From contig CM022678.1 of assembly GCA_012295275.1 (NCBI GenBank), positions 16,616,001 to 16,680,000 on the forward strand: a stretch of DNA of 64,000 bases, read 5' to 3'. The notes beneath the pieces are model-generated. The model saw nothing but the letters and a program-made list of their open reading frames with translations. It was not told the origin of the DNA and searched no databases. The position numbers were made by a program, and so were the translations under genes. Below are positions 42,312 to 57,162 of this stretch, piece by piece; positions within the stretch are counted from its first letter, which is position 1, and the number at the start of each line of letters is the position of its first letter. Source of the stretch: Chrysomallon squamiferum. Taxonomy: Eukaryota; Animalia; Mollusca.

Positions 42312-43187
42312 AAGATTACTTTTGCGCACATCTCTAAATGACAGACTCCTGGCTATGAATAAGGAAGAGCATTTATTTGATTTTAAAACTTTTATTATTA
42401 CAGCTGTTGTAACAGTTGTTATTATTATTTTAAGTATCTCTACGACACTACATAAATTGTTATTATTATTTTTAGTATTATTATTATTATAAAACAGAAA
42501 AATCCCTTTTATTTAAATATTTTAAGTATCCGTACTACACTACTCAAATTGTTATTATTATTATTATTATTAGTAGTAGTAGTAGTAGTAGTAGTATAGT
42601 AGTAGTAGTAGTAGTAACAATACATGATTTTAAATTTGGATTCTACGATTTTCCATTAGCAGATAAATACTTTACAAAGCAGATCCTAAATAATATATTA
42701 ATGTAAATAAAAGTAGCATTAGAAACACACACAGACATTTCAGGAAAATGCCCTGGCATAAAAACTCAAAATTAAATATAGTTATAAAGAGCATTCATTG
42801 TAAAAAGATAATTTAAATGTTTTGCTTTCTCACTTTCCAAATGGCCTTCCTTCAAACAAATTTTTACATATACTTCTTACATTTCACTCATCATTAAACA
42901 TATTTTATACAGACTTAATATAAATGTCATAAAATGTTTTTAAAATTCCTTCTTTTCAAATATGGAAATGACTGTCCTAGATATTACCCATGATTCCACT
43001 ACAGCTGAGAGTAACATGAAGATTAGTTTTCAGTTTGTTTACATTCGTCACATTATCCATTACAGGAGCAGCCATCTTAATTAAAGATATATCTTCTTTC
43101 TTGTGGACACAAATTTCTCTCAATTCTAAGTATCTTTTGTACATTTTATACAACTGATTACTAAAACAAGTTTTATTTAGGCTAAAT

Positions 43188-43387
43188 NNNNNNNNNNNNN
43201 NNNNNNNNNNNNNNNNNNNNNNNNNNNNNNNNNNNNNNNNNNNNNNNNNNNNNNNNNNNNNNNNNNNNNNNNNNNNNNNNNNNNNNNNNNNNNNNNNNNN
43301 NNNNNNNNNNNNNNNNNNNNNNNNNNNNNNNNNNNNNNNNNNNNNNNNNNNNNNNNNNNNNNNNNNNNNNNNNNNNNNNNNNNNNNN
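43188..43387. other. Assembly gap (200 N)
   Basis: Run of N. Confidence 1.
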
Positions 43388-43446
43388 ATATCTCGAATAT
43401 TTATCCACTTGACATCTTTATTCTCCACCATTATTGAACATTTTAT

Positions 43447-46007
43447 TTAAAGATGTTTTCCTTCCCACATAAATTTACAAAATAATTTATGAATTTCATT
43501 TTCTACCCAATTTGGTACATTTATTGTGCTAATGATATACCACAGTCTAGATGTTAATAAAGTATTCCATACTTCAGCTTTTCCGTGCAAAGTAAGTTTC
43601 CTTTGACTCCATAAGTTAATTAGATTAGACATTTTAGCTAATTTATTTTTCCAGTTCAAAGTTTCACATAATAGTTTATTTGGTCCTAAATATATACCTA
43701 GAATTTTAACATAGTTTTTATTTATTGATATTGGAATGTTAAAGGATAAGTTTTCAATCATGGTTTTACCAAGATAAAGTACTTCTGACTTATCTACATT
43801 GACTTTTGCCCCTGTAGCACTACAATACATATTTATTGTATTAAAAACATTTTCTACTGACTGAGCATCACAGACAGTTACTGTAGTATCATCTGCATGC
43901 TGAAATAATAAAGAATTAAGTTCATTTGTTATCCTAATTCCATTCATGCTATGTCTTTTTTTAATTAAATTATTTAAGGGTTCAGCTACAATAACATAAA
44001 GCATCATTGATATTGGACATCCTTGTCTAACCCCTCTTGTAATATTAAAAAAAGGTGTTAAATGTCCATTAATTTTTACACAACTTTTAATATTATTATA
44101 TAGTATTTTAATCCACTTTATAAAATTATCACCAAAATTGAATTTTTTCAAAACTTTTAAAATAAAACTATGTGATACTCTATCAAATGCTTTCTCTTGA
44201 TCTATTTTAACTATATACCCTTCTGTATTATTTAACTCGACAATATCTATAATATCTCTTACTGACATAATATTGTCAGCAATATCTCTTCCTTTTACAC
44301 AACAGGTTTGTTCTGATGAAATAATAGTTGACATTACTTGTTTAAGACGATTTGCAAGAACTTTAGCAATAATTTTATAATCTACATTTAAAAGGCTGAT
44401 AGGTCTGAAATTTTTTAGGTCTGCTTTATCTCCTTTTTTCTTGTAAAATAAACTAATTACTCCTTTTTTCATACTGCGTGACAACATTTCTTCTTTCTGA
44501 ATTGACATAACTACTTTATGAAAGAAATTTTAAAATTTTCCCAGAATTTAACATAAAATTCTACTGTTAGACCATCCAGACCAGGTGATTTATTTCATTC
44601 ATTTCTTTTAAAGCTTCAGTTAATTCTTCAATTGTAATGTCTTTCTCACAGTTTTCACTTTCAGATTCTTTTAGTTTATTTGATATTAAATTTATTATTT
44701 CTTCCTGTTTAATAATATCTACATTTTCTTGCGTAAATAATTTTGAATAAAAGTCATAAGCATATTGTAATATATCTTCTGTTTTTCTTGTTAATCCATT
44801 TACTGTTTTTAGCTCTTTAATAGAATTTGATTCTTGTTTTGATTTTTCTAAACTGAGAAAAAATGTGGTATTTCTATCCATATCTAGATTCCAATGAGCT
44901 TTAGATCTCAAAATAGCACCATTACATTTAGATCTCTCAATTAATTTTAATTTTTCTTCTAAAATTTGTATGTTACTCACATCATGATGATTATTTACAG
45001 CTAGTTTAGCATATTCTCTTTTCAAAGCATTTTGTATATTATAATATTTTTCGTTATCTGATTTTCTCTTTTTTATTGCAAAATTTCTTGCACATGTTTT
45101 CATTTTATATTTTAAGTTGTCCCACCAAACACTAGGTTCAGTCTGTAACAAAGGACACTCAGAAGCATTATTAATAACTTCAATAATAGCTTTACAAAAA
45201 ACTTTCATCTTTCAACAATTCATTATTAAAGATCCAAATACCTTGACCTCTCTCTACATGAGAAAAATCTATTTTAAGTGATAAAAAATTGTGATCACTA
45301 ACCGAGGTATAGGATATGTATACATTACTTATAAACTGCAATAAATTTCTAGAAATTAAGAATAAATCAATTCTTGACTGTTTTATAGTTTTTTCAACTA
45401 TTTGAGATCTAGTAAATTGCCTTTTATCTGGATTTCTGTGTCGCCAAATATCAACTAAATTATAATTAAAAATAACTGACTGTAATTCATTACTACTTTT
45501 TATATTGAAAGTTTTATTATTAATGCCCAAATCTAAATTAGGATCTAAAATGTCATTAAAATCTCCTGCCATTATTGTATTTTTTAAATCCACAAATTTA
45601 CATAATCCTTTAAAAAATAAAATTCTTTCTTCAATATTATTTGGTGCATATACATTTATAAAACTGTATTCTTCTTCATCTATTTTCGTATTAATTTTTA
45701 AAATCCTGCCTTCAGTGTCGCAACTATTAAATGTAAACTTATAAGGACATTCTTTTGATACCAGTATTGCTACACCCCTTCTTTTTTTATTTGGACAATT
45801 ATTATAAAATATATTTCCTTCCCATAAATGTTTATATCTCTCAATGAAGTCATTATCCCAAAATGTTTCCTGTAGAAAAATAATATTTGCATGTTTACTT
45901 TTAAATGTTGCAAAAACTGAATTTAATTTCTCAATATCTCTCAGTCCGTTTACATTTATAGACAAGATCATAGTTAGAAGTAGAAAAATTAGTGAACTAT
46001 TACCCAT
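43447..46007 (-). CDS. LINE ORF2 (APE-type endonuclease + reverse transcriptase), about 3 frameshifts
   Basis: EN motifs SINVNGL, IFLQET, INVYAPN, MAGDFN, DIWR, SRIDLFL and SDH. Linker KSPGLDGLTVEFY. RT motifs NFRPISLLNVDYKI, IDQEKAFDRV, GVRQGCPIS, QHADD and ILGI. Frame breaks occur at ~45200, ~44590 and ~44525. Confidence 0.9.
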
Positions 46008-46019
46008 TTTTAAAATATT

Positions 46020-47183
46020 CTATATCTTGTCTATATCCTCCCCCCCATACTCATTCATTACCCTGGCAACACTTTCTCTCACACTTTTCATGTGTGCTGC
46101 TTGTCTCTTTTTTTGTTTTCTATTTTCTACCAAGCTCCACAGTTTTTCTTCTGATGGACGCTTGATCAATCTCGTTCGACGCTTTGTTTTACTCTGCTTA
46201 CTATTTTCTGCTTCGATGGTTCCAGCTTCCTTGTTAGTAATTTTCACTTTGGTGTTTTTATCAGGGGATTTTCTTGGTTTTTCTCCATTTTCTGATTTTT
46301 GTTGTTCCTTGTTGATTTCCATTTCTGTTGTATTTATCCTCTGGATACTTTCTGCTTCAATTTCTTTTTTCTCCTTTGATTTTACATTATATTCCATACC
46401 ATCACTGTCACTGTCGCTGTTTTTTTGTTCATCGCTGTCATACTCTGACCAACACTCACATTCATCCTCTTTGTTTCCACACTTTTCACACAGAAATATG
46501 TTCGGGCAGTTTCTAGCAAAATGTCCTTTTTGTTTACAGTTATGACACCTTATATTTTGGACAGTCTTTCAACAAATGATTATCCGCCATGCAGTTGTAA
46601 CATACTTTTATTTGATTGTCATGTAAAACACGAAAATATTTTATTCCTTCATAAGTCCTAAATTTCATTGAGTATGGTAAACTTTTTATTCCGGGTGGAA
46701 ATTTCACTCTCACGTATCTTGTTCCATCTGCAATTTTTGTCCCTTTGTATAGCCTTCTATAAATTGGTGATAAAATTTCTATTTCCATTTGTTTCAATTT
46801 TTTTCTTCAATTTCTTCATCTTCAATGTAGGCAGGCAAGTGCAAAAAGGAAACTACTACAGTTTCAGATTTCAAAATTCTCGCCTTTATTTTTAGACCTT
46901 TCAATTCTGTTTCATCAATTTCCGTAATCATTCTCGCTTGTATAATATCTTCTAGTGTTATTTCATAAGAGTCGGATTCTTTCGGTACGCACGCTTTTAT
47001 CACATCACCCACCTGGCCACTTACAAAATCTATCATGTCGCCTGCTGAAATTTTCTTGTTATCTTCTACATTTACAATCACAGTGCATTCTTTTTTAAAA
47101 ACATTTTTTCTCATTCCTTCTTTTTTTAAATTCATATCTTTCATCTTTTCTTCGTAATTTTCTGATTCTTCCGCCCAAGACAT
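46020..47183 (-). CDS. LINE ORF1 (gag-like, zinc knuckles), 2 frameshifts
   Basis: MSWAEE... with VVVSFLHLPAYIEDEEI and GTRYVRVKFPPGIKSLPYSMKF, knuckles CYNCMADNHLLKDC and CHNCKQKGHFARNC, and a charged tail. Frame breaks occur at ~46797 (T-run) and ~46549. Confidence 0.88.
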
Positions 47184-47264
47184 AATACTTAGTTTACAAC
47201 AAAACCTTTCCGAAGCGAGAGCCGAAGTGAAACGCGTCCACACTCGACGCCACCATAACCGGAA

Positions 47265-47303
47265 CGTGACTCACCACGCTCACCGCTCTGCCAAATCTCG
47301 ACG
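47265..47303 (-). ncRNA. 5' half of the tRNA-derived element (target of the Tx1 insertion)
   Basis: The minus strand reads gtcgagatttggcagagcggtgagcgtggtgagtcacg and then switches directly to LINE sequence. Confidence 0.7.
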
Positions 47304-47763
47304 ACGACGATAAGTTCTAATTTAAGCTATACAACCCGCATTCAAATTCAACTGATTAAGCTATATACGTAAAATAAATTAACATTAGAAACAAGAAGTA
47401 TATTGTCTTGATATAGAAACCTACACACAGACATAAAAACTAAAAAGTAAGTAAATTTTAATAGTGATAAATAATTAAAAATGTGTTCTATATTTATAAC
47501 GAAAGTGGGTCAGTTGAAACACGGGATTTCCATTTATTACTTCTTCCTTTGTCCGAGTCGAATTCGCTTAGCATTCCAAGAAACACAACAAGTGTGACAT
47601 GGATAGCTTACCCGACTGATAAAAATAAGACTGCCACACACACAAACATATCTCCACACACATTCACATACACCAGTCATACACAATTTGCAATGAATTG
47701 TTAATTGAGATAGGTATATAAATAACACATACTTATAACAAGAAGAAAATAAATATGACAGTC

Positions 47764-47857
<94 letters not shown>

Positions 47858-48108
47858 AATAATAACAATAATAGTACATACAACAACAACAACAACAGTA
47901 TACTGGCAGTGGTCTGTTTATTGTAAAATTCATCAAAAGTTACCTGAGAATGAACAGACAAAGAAAGAAAGAGAAAAAGAGAGAGACATTTACAAATCTG
48001 AGAAAGACAGAGAATGGACAGGGAACAAGACAAAGAGACATTTATAAAGCACAGAAAGAGATAGTATGGACAGGGAAAGGGAAAGAGAAAAGAGAAATAC
48101 TTTTATAA

Positions 48109-48197
<89 letters not shown>

Positions 48198-48348
48198 ATA
48201 ATGTCCCTGAGAATGGACAGCGAAAGAGAGAAAGAGAGAGACATTTATAAAGTACAGAAAGACTGAGAATGGATAGAGAGAAAGAACGAGACCTTTTTAA
48301 AGTAGAGACAGGTTGAGAATGAAAAGGGAAAGAAAAAGAGAATTAACT

Positions 48349-48452
<104 letters not shown>

Positions 48453-49643
48453 ATTATAAAGCAGAGAAGGACTGAGAATTGAGAGTTAAGGAGAGAAAGA
48501 GAGATACATTTATAAAGCAGAAAAAAAATAATGAGAATATGACAATGGACAGGGGAAAGTGAGAAAGAAAGATTGATGATAACAGTACATTTTGTTGTCA
48601 TCATCACCTGGGAGATTTTCATTCATCACATTACTACATACACGGAATCGCTGATAACATTAATTATACATCGCTATCACTGAAACAACGGAAACACTTT
48701 TTCATTAATACATTTGAACTGAAAAGCACACACAATAAAATAATATAAAATAGCAATAAAATAACATAAAATAGTGATAATAATAATAATTATAGTAGTA
48801 ATAGTAATAAAAATAATAGTAACAAGAAGAAGAAGAAGATGATGATTATTTTTCTAATATGCTATATAGTGTCATGCTGATTTTTTAATTATTATATTTT
48901 AATTAAATACATTATTCTTATTTTTATGTTTTTGGTTCCAGAAATGTTCTAATATGTAAATAATTTTAAAAAAAATATTTTTAAATAATTTACAATAATA
49001 AAAGTCTTAATATATTTTGTTTTATGTAACATCCCATGCATGCATCTATGTATGTACGCACGAATGAAAGTATGTATGTATGTCTGTATGTATACAAATA
49101 AACACAGTTTCTGTAAGTAGCTGAAAAATTCTCACTCTCACTGTACGATGTGACACAATCAGTGACATAACACTATTCATTTTGTACTGACGTCCCTAAG
49201 GTTTGAAGTGACAAAGACTAGACGTCCCTAAGGTTTGAAGTGACAAGGACTAGACGTCCCTAAGGTTTGAAGTGACAAGGACCAGATGTTCATAAAGTAA
49301 CTTGCAGATGGCTAAGATACTTTGACAAGACTTCTAGTGTTGTGACAAGACAGAATCACGTACGTTGCATGTGACATATAAAAGTTATAACAGTTTAAAC
49401 GACAGTCCATTATTCATTTCTCAGCATATAGTGACTGATTTGCTATGGTTGAAGAAAATATCTCATCAGTATGATGTCTCTTCGGTGTATGTACATATTT
49501 CTTATCTGTCGCCCGCCGAGAAAGAAACAGAGATATGTACAAAGACAGACTGAGGAACAGAAACAGACCCTGACACGAACGTGAAATAAATAAATAATAA
49601 AATATATGAAATAATAATAATATAAAAAAATAATAATAAATGG

Positions 49644-49773
49644 AAAAATCTTTTGCCCCCAAGACCTGTCAAGGGCAATTTACGCAGTTTGGTCCGAAAC
49701 GCACAGTCAGGATTTGAACTCCCAACGCTGCATGCCGTGACACACCACGCTCACCGCTCTGCCAAATCTCGAC
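49644..49773 (-). ncRNA. tRNA-derived Pol III-type element, uninterrupted (~130 nt)
   Basis: A box at 49754-49764, B box at 49710-49721, 3' hairpin at 49653-49678 and T5 at 49644-49648. Confidence 0.6.
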
Positions 49774-50287
49774 GACAAGATTGAATTCTAATTTAAGCTA
49801 TACAACCCGCATTCAAACTGAACTGATTAAGCTGTATAGGTAAAATAAATTAAAATTACGAGCAAGAAGTATATTGTCTTGATACAGAAACCTACACAGC
49901 GATATAAAATCTAAAAAGTAAGTAAATTTCAAAAGTGATATATAATTAAAGTTTTATTCTATATTTATAACGAAAGTGGGTCAGTTGAAACACGGGATTT
50001 CCCTACTTTACTTCTTCCTTTGTGTGAGTCGAATTCGCTTAGCATTCCGAGAAACACAAGTGTGACATGGATAGCTTATCCGACTGATTAAAATAAGACT
50101 CACACACGCACATACACACACACAGATACACACATACACACAAACATACATAATACACACACATACACACATGCACCATTCACAAACAATTTGCAATGAA
50201 TTGTTAATTCAAATAGGTATATAAATAACGATATATAGACACCCCCACAAACACATAACAATAAGAAAATAAATATGGCAGTCACCT

Positions 50288-50397
<110 letters not shown>

Positions 50398-51593
50398 ATT
50401 ATAAAGCAGAGAAGGACTGAGAATTGAGAGTTAAGGAGAGAAAGAGAGATACATTTATAAAGCAGAAAAATAATGAGAATATGACAATGGACAGGGAAAG
50501 TGAGAAAGAAAGATTGATGATAACAGTACATTTTGTTGTCATCATCACCTGGGAGATTTTCATTCATCACATTACTACATACACGGAATCGCTGATAACA
50601 TTAATTATACATCGCTATCACTGAAACAACGGAAACACTTTTTTCATTAATACATTTGAACTGAAAAGCACACACAATAAAAAATAATATAAAATAGCAA
50701 TAAAATAACATAAAATAGTGATAATAATAATAATTATAGTAGTAATAGTAATAAAAATAATAGTAACAAGAAGAAGAAGAAGATGATGATTATTTTTCTA
50801 ATATGCTATATAGTGTCATGCTGATTTTTTTTAATTATTATATTTTAATTAAATACATTATTCTTATTTTTTTATGTTTTTGGTTCCAGAAATGTTCTAA
50901 TATGTAAATAATTTTAAAAAAAATATTTTTAAATAATTTACAATAATAAAAGTCTTAATATATTTTGTTTTATGTAACATCCCATGCATGCATCTATGTA
51001 TGTACGCACGAATGAAAGTATGTATGTATGTCTGTATGTATACAAATAAACACAGTTTCTGTAAGTAGCTGAAAAATTCTCACTCTCACTGTACGATGTG
51101 ACACAATCAGTGACATAACACTATTCATTTTGTACTGACGTCCCTAAGGTTTGAAGTGACAAAGACTAGACGTCCCTAAGGTTTGAAGTGACAAGGACTA
51201 GACGTCCCTAAGGTTTGAAGTGACAAGGACCAGATGTTCATAAAGTAACTTGCAGATGGCTAAGATACTTTGACAAGACTTCTAGTGTTGTGACAAGACA
51301 GAATCACGTACGTTGCATGTGACATATAAAAGTTATAACAGTTTAAACGACAGTCCATTATTCATTTCTCAGCATATAGTGACTGATTTGCTATGGTTGA
51401 AGAAAATATCTCATCAGTATGATGTCTCTCTCGGTGTATGTACATATTTCTTATCTGTCGCCCGCCGAGAAAGAAACAGAGATATGTACAAAGACAGACT
51501 GAGGAACAGAAACAGACCCTGACACACGAACGTGAAATAAATAAATAATAAAATATATGAAATAATAATAATATAAAAAATAATAATAAATGG

Positions 51594-51723
51594 AAAAATC
51601 TTTTGCCCCCAAGACCTGTCAAGGGCAATTTACGCAGTTTGGTCCGAAACGCACAGTCAGGATTTGAACTCCCAACGCTGCATGCCGTGACACACCACGC
51701 TCACCGCTCTGCCAAATCTCGAC
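51594..51723 (-). ncRNA. tRNA-derived Pol III-type element, uninterrupted
   Basis: Same sequence as 49644-49773. Confidence 0.6.
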
Positions 51724-52236
51724 GACAAGATTGAATTCTAATTTAAGCTATACAACCCGCATTCAAACTGAACTGATTAAGCTGTATAGGTAAAATAAAT
51801 TAAAATTACGAGCAAGAAGTATATTGTCTTGATACAGAAACCTACACAGCGATATAAAATCTAAAAAGTAAGTAAATTTCAAAAGTGATATATAATTAAA
51901 GTTTTATTCTATATTTATAACGAAAGTGGGTCAGTTGAAACACGGGATTTCCCTACTTTTACTTCTTCCTTTGTGTGAGTCGAATTCGCTTAGCATTCCG
52001 AGAAACACAAGTGTGACATGGATAGCTTATCCGACTGATTAAAATAAGACTCACACACGCACATACACACACACAGATACACACATACACACAAACATAC
52101 ATAATACACACACATACACATGCACCATTCACAAACAATTTGCAATGAATTGTTAATTCAAATAGGTATATAAATAACGATATATAGACACCCCCACAAA
52201 CACATAACAATAAGAAAATAAATATGGCAGTCACCT

Positions 52237-52352
<116 letters not shown>

Positions 52353-53548
52353 ATTATAAAAGCAGAGAAGGACTGAGAATTGAGAGTTAAGGAGAGAAAA
52401 GAGAGATACATTTATAAAGCAGAAAAAAAATAATGAGAATATGACAATGGACAGGGAAAGTGAGAAAGAAAGATTGATGATAACAGTACATTTTGTTGTC
52501 ATCATCACCTGGGAGATTTTCATTCATCACATTACTACATACACGGAATCGCTGATAACATTAATTATACATCGCTATCACTGAAACAACGGAAACACTT
52601 TTTCATTAATACATTTGAACTGAAAAGCACACACAATAAAATAATATAAAATAGCAATAAAATAACATAAAATAGTGATAATAATAATAATTATAGTAGT
52701 AATAGTAATAAAAAAATAATAGTAACAAGAAGAAGAAGAAGATGATGATTATTTTTCTAATATGCTATATAGTGTCATGCTGATTTTTTTAATTATTATA
52801 TTTTAATTAAATACATTATTCTTATTTTTATGTTTTGGTTCCAGAAATGTTCTAATATGTAAATAATTTTAAAAAAATATTTTTAAATAATTTACAATAA
52901 TAAAAAAGTCTTAATATATTTTGTTTTATGTAACATCCCATGCATGCATCTATGTATGTACGCACGAATGAAAGTATGTATGTATGTCTGTATGTATACA
53001 AATAAACACAGTTTCTGTAAGTAGCTGAAAAATTCTCACTCTCACTGTACGATGTGACACAATCAGTGACATAACACTATTCATTTTGTACTGACGTCCC
53101 TAAGGTTTGAAGTGACAAAGACTAGACGTCCCTAAGGTTTGAAGTGACAAGGACTAGACGTCCCTAAGGTTTGAAGTGACAAGGACCAGATGTTCATAAA
53201 GTAACTTGCAGATGGCTAAGATACTTTGACAAGACTTCTAGTGTTGTGACAAGACAGAATCACGTACGTTGCATGTGACATATAAAAGTTATAACAGTTT
53301 AAACGACAGTCCATTATTCATTTCTCAGCATATAGTGACTGATTTGCTATGGTTGAAGAAAATATCTCATCAGTATGATGTCTCTATCGGTGTATGTATA
53401 TATTTCTTATCTGTCGCCCGCCGAGAAAGAAACAGAGATATGTACAAAGACAGACTGAGGAACAGAAACAGACCCTGACACGAACGTGAAATAAATAAAT
53501 AATAAAATATATGAAATAATAATAATATAAAAAAATAATAATAAATGG

Positions 53549-53677
53549 AAAAATCTTTTGCCCCAAGACCTGTCAAGGGCAATTTACGCAGTTTGGTCCG
53601 AAACGCACAGTCAGGATTTGAACTCCCAACGCTGCATGCCGTGACACACCACGCTCACCGCTCTGCCAAATCTCGAC
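53549..53677 (-). ncRNA. tRNA-derived Pol III-type element, uninterrupted
   Basis: Same as 49644-49773 except for a C-run that is 1 nt shorter. Confidence 0.6.
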
Positions 53678-54190
53678 GACAAGATTGAATTCTAATTTAA
53701 GCTATACAACCCGCATTCAAACTGAACTGATTAAGCTGTATAGGTAAAATAAATTAAAATTACGAGCAAGAAGTATATTGTCTTGATACAGAAACCTACA
53801 CAGCGATATAAAATCTAAAAAAGTAAGTAAATTTCAAAAGTGATATATAATTAAAGTTTTATTCTATATTTATAACGAAAGTGGGTCAGTTGAAACACGG
53901 GATTTCCCTACTTTACTTCTTCCTTTGTGTGAGTCGAATTCGCTTAGCATTCCGAGAAACACAAGTGTGACATGGATAGCTTATCCGACTGATTAAAATA
54001 AGACTCACACACGCACATACACACACACAGATACACACATACACACAAACATACATAATACACACACATACACATGCACCATTCACAAACAATTTGCAAT
54101 GAATTGTTAATTCAAATAGGTATATAAATAACGATATATAGACACCCCCACAAACACATAACAATAAGAAAATAAATATGGCAGTCACCT

Positions 54191-54264
<74 letters not shown>

Positions 54265-55454
54265 ATTATAAAGCAGAGAAGGACTGAGAATTGAGAGTTA
54301 AGGAGAGAAAGAGAGATACATTTATAAAGCAGAAAAAATAATGAGAATATGACAATGGACAGGGAAAGTGAGAAAGAAAGATTGATGATAACAGTACATT
54401 TTGTTGTCATCATCACCTGGGAGATTTTCATTCATCACATTACTACATACACGGAATCGCTGATAACATTAATTATACATCGCTATCACTGAAACAACGG
54501 AAACACTTTTTCATTAATACATTTGAACTGAAAAGCACACACAATAAAATAATATAAAATAGCAATAAAATAACATAAAATAGTGATAATAATAATAATT
54601 ATAGTAGTAATAGTAATAAAAATAATAGTAACAAGAAGAAGAAGAAGATGATGATTATTTTTCTAATATGCTATATAGTGTCATGCTGATTTTTTTAATT
54701 ATTATATTTTAATTAAATACATTATTCTTATTTTTATGTTTTTGGTTCCAGAAATGTTCTAATATGTAAATAATTTTAAAAAAAATATTTTTAAATAATT
54801 TACAATAATAAAAGTCTTAATATATTTTGTTTTATGTAACATCCCATGCATGCATCTATGTATGTACGCACGAATGAAAGTATGTATGTATGTCTGTATG
54901 TATACAAATAAACACAGTTTCTGTAAGTAGCTGAAAAATTCTCACTCTCACTGTACGATGTGACACAATCAGTGACATAACACTATTCATTTTGTACTGA
55001 CGTCCCTAAGGTTTGAAGTGACAAAGACTAGACGTCCCTAAGGTTTGAAGTGACAAGGACTAGACGTCCCTAAGGTTTGAAGTGACAAGGACCAGATGTT
55101 CATAAAGTAACTTGCAGATGGCTAAGATACTTTGACAAGACTTCTAGTGTTGTGACAAGACAGAATCACGTACGTTGCATGTGACATATAAAAGTTATAA
55201 CAGTTTAAACGACAGTCCATTATTCATTTCTCAGCACATAGTGACTGATTTGCTATGGTTGAAGAAAATATCTCATCAGTATGATGTCTCTATCGGTGTA
55301 TGTATATATTTCTTATCTGTCGCCCGCCGAGAAAGAAACAGAGATATGTACAAAGACAGACTGAGGAACAGAAACAGACCCTGACACGAACGTGAAATAA
55401 ATAAATAATAAAATATATGAAATAATAATAATATAAAAAAATAATAATAAATGG

Positions 55455-55584
55455 AAAAATCTTTTGCCCCCAAGACCTGTCAAGGGCAATTTACGCAGTT
55501 TGGTCCGAAACGCACAGTCAGGATTTGAACTCCCAACGCTGCATGCCGTGACACACCACGCTCACCGCTCTGCCAAATCTCGAC
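55455..55584 (-). ncRNA. tRNA-derived Pol III-type element, uninterrupted
   Basis: Same sequence as 49644-49773. Confidence 0.6.
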
Positions 55585-56099
55585 GACAAGATTGAATTCT
55601 AATTTAAGCTATACAACCCGCATTCAAACTGAACTGATTAAGCTGTATAGGTAAAATAAATTAAAATTACGAGCAAGAAGTATATTGTCTTGATACAGAA
55701 ACCTACACAGCGATATAAAATCTAAAAAGTAAGTAAATTTCAAAAGTGATATATAATTAAAGTTTTATTCTATATTTATAACGAAAGTGGGTCAGTTGAA
55801 ACACGGGATTTCCCTACTTTACTTCTTCCTTTGTGTGAGTCGAATTCGCTTAGCATTCCGAGAAACACAAGTGTGACATGGATAGCTTATCCGACTGATT
55901 AAAATAAGACTCACACACGCACATACACACACACAGATACACACATACACACAAACATACATAATACACACACATACACATGCACCATTCACAAACAATT
56001 TGCAATGAATTGTTAATTCAAATAGGTATATAAATAACGATATATAGACACCCCCACAAACACATAACAACAATAAGAAAATAAATATGGCAGTCACCT

Positions 56100-56170
<71 letters not shown>

Positions 56171-56314
56171 ATAATAACAATGATAGTACATACAACAACA
56201 ACAACAATGTACTGACTGTGGTCTCGTGTTTACACAGATTTACAATAAACAATACTACTACTATTACCATCACATCTTCTACTGCTACTGCCGCTGCTGC
56301 TGCTCCTCCTCCTC

Positions 56315-56384
<70 letters not shown>

Positions 56385-56705
56385 AAATAAAAAGTAAATA
56401 AAATTTGTCCGCAAAATTCTTCTGTCATCACAGTAAATAAAAAAACAAACACGAACTTCTTATTAGTTATTTGTCCGAGTTTGACTATTTAAGAAACGTC
56501 ATCATAAAGCATGATGGTGTTTGAATGTGAGATCATTTCCCTGAGAATAAACAGGGAAAGAGAGACAGAGAGAAAGAGACAGACATTTATAAATCTTAGA
56601 AAGACAGAGAATGGACAGGGAAAAAGACAAAGAGACATTTATAAGCACAGAAAGAGATAGTATGGACATGGAAAGGGAAAGAGAGAAAGAAAACGACTTT
56701 TATAA

Positions 56706-56806
<101 letters not shown>

Positions 56807-57047
56807 ATAATATCCCTGAGAATGGACAGCGAAAGAGAGAAAGAGAGAGACATTTATAAAGCACAGAAAGACTGAGAATGGATAGAGAGAAAGAACGAGA
56901 CCTTTTTAAAGTAGAGACAGATTGAGAATGAAAAGGGAAAGAGAAAGAGAGAGACATTTATAAAGCACGGAAAGTGAGAATGGACAGGGAAAGAGACATT
57001 TATAAAGCAAAAAAAAAGACTGAGAATTAACTGAGAGTGAGAGGCAG

Positions 57048-57162
<115 letters not shown>

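Larger units (their letters stand above)
43388..47264 (-). mobile_element. Tx1-clade (L1 group) non-LTR retrotransposon; 5'-complete, 3' end lost at the gap
   Basis: The 5' end TTCCGGTTATGGTGGCG abuts the tRNA-like target at 47265. ORF1 has CCHC knuckles and ORF2 has an APE endonuclease plus RT. Confidence 0.93.

Noticed and set aside
45844-46545. 233-aa plus-strand ORF
   Set aside because: It is the antisense shadow of LINE ORF1/ORF2 and has no recognisable domain.
49189-49282. 32-bp direct repeats (and the 23-bp repeats at 18088) as a CRISPR array
   Set aside because: The repeats are head-to-tail with no unique spacers, there are no cas genes, and the context is eukaryotic.
49700-49773. 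Canonical tRNA-Val gene
   Set aside because: There is no acceptor-stem pairing, the anticodon loop is 6 nt, the D stem is weak and the T stem is shifted. It is kept only as a tRNA-derived element.
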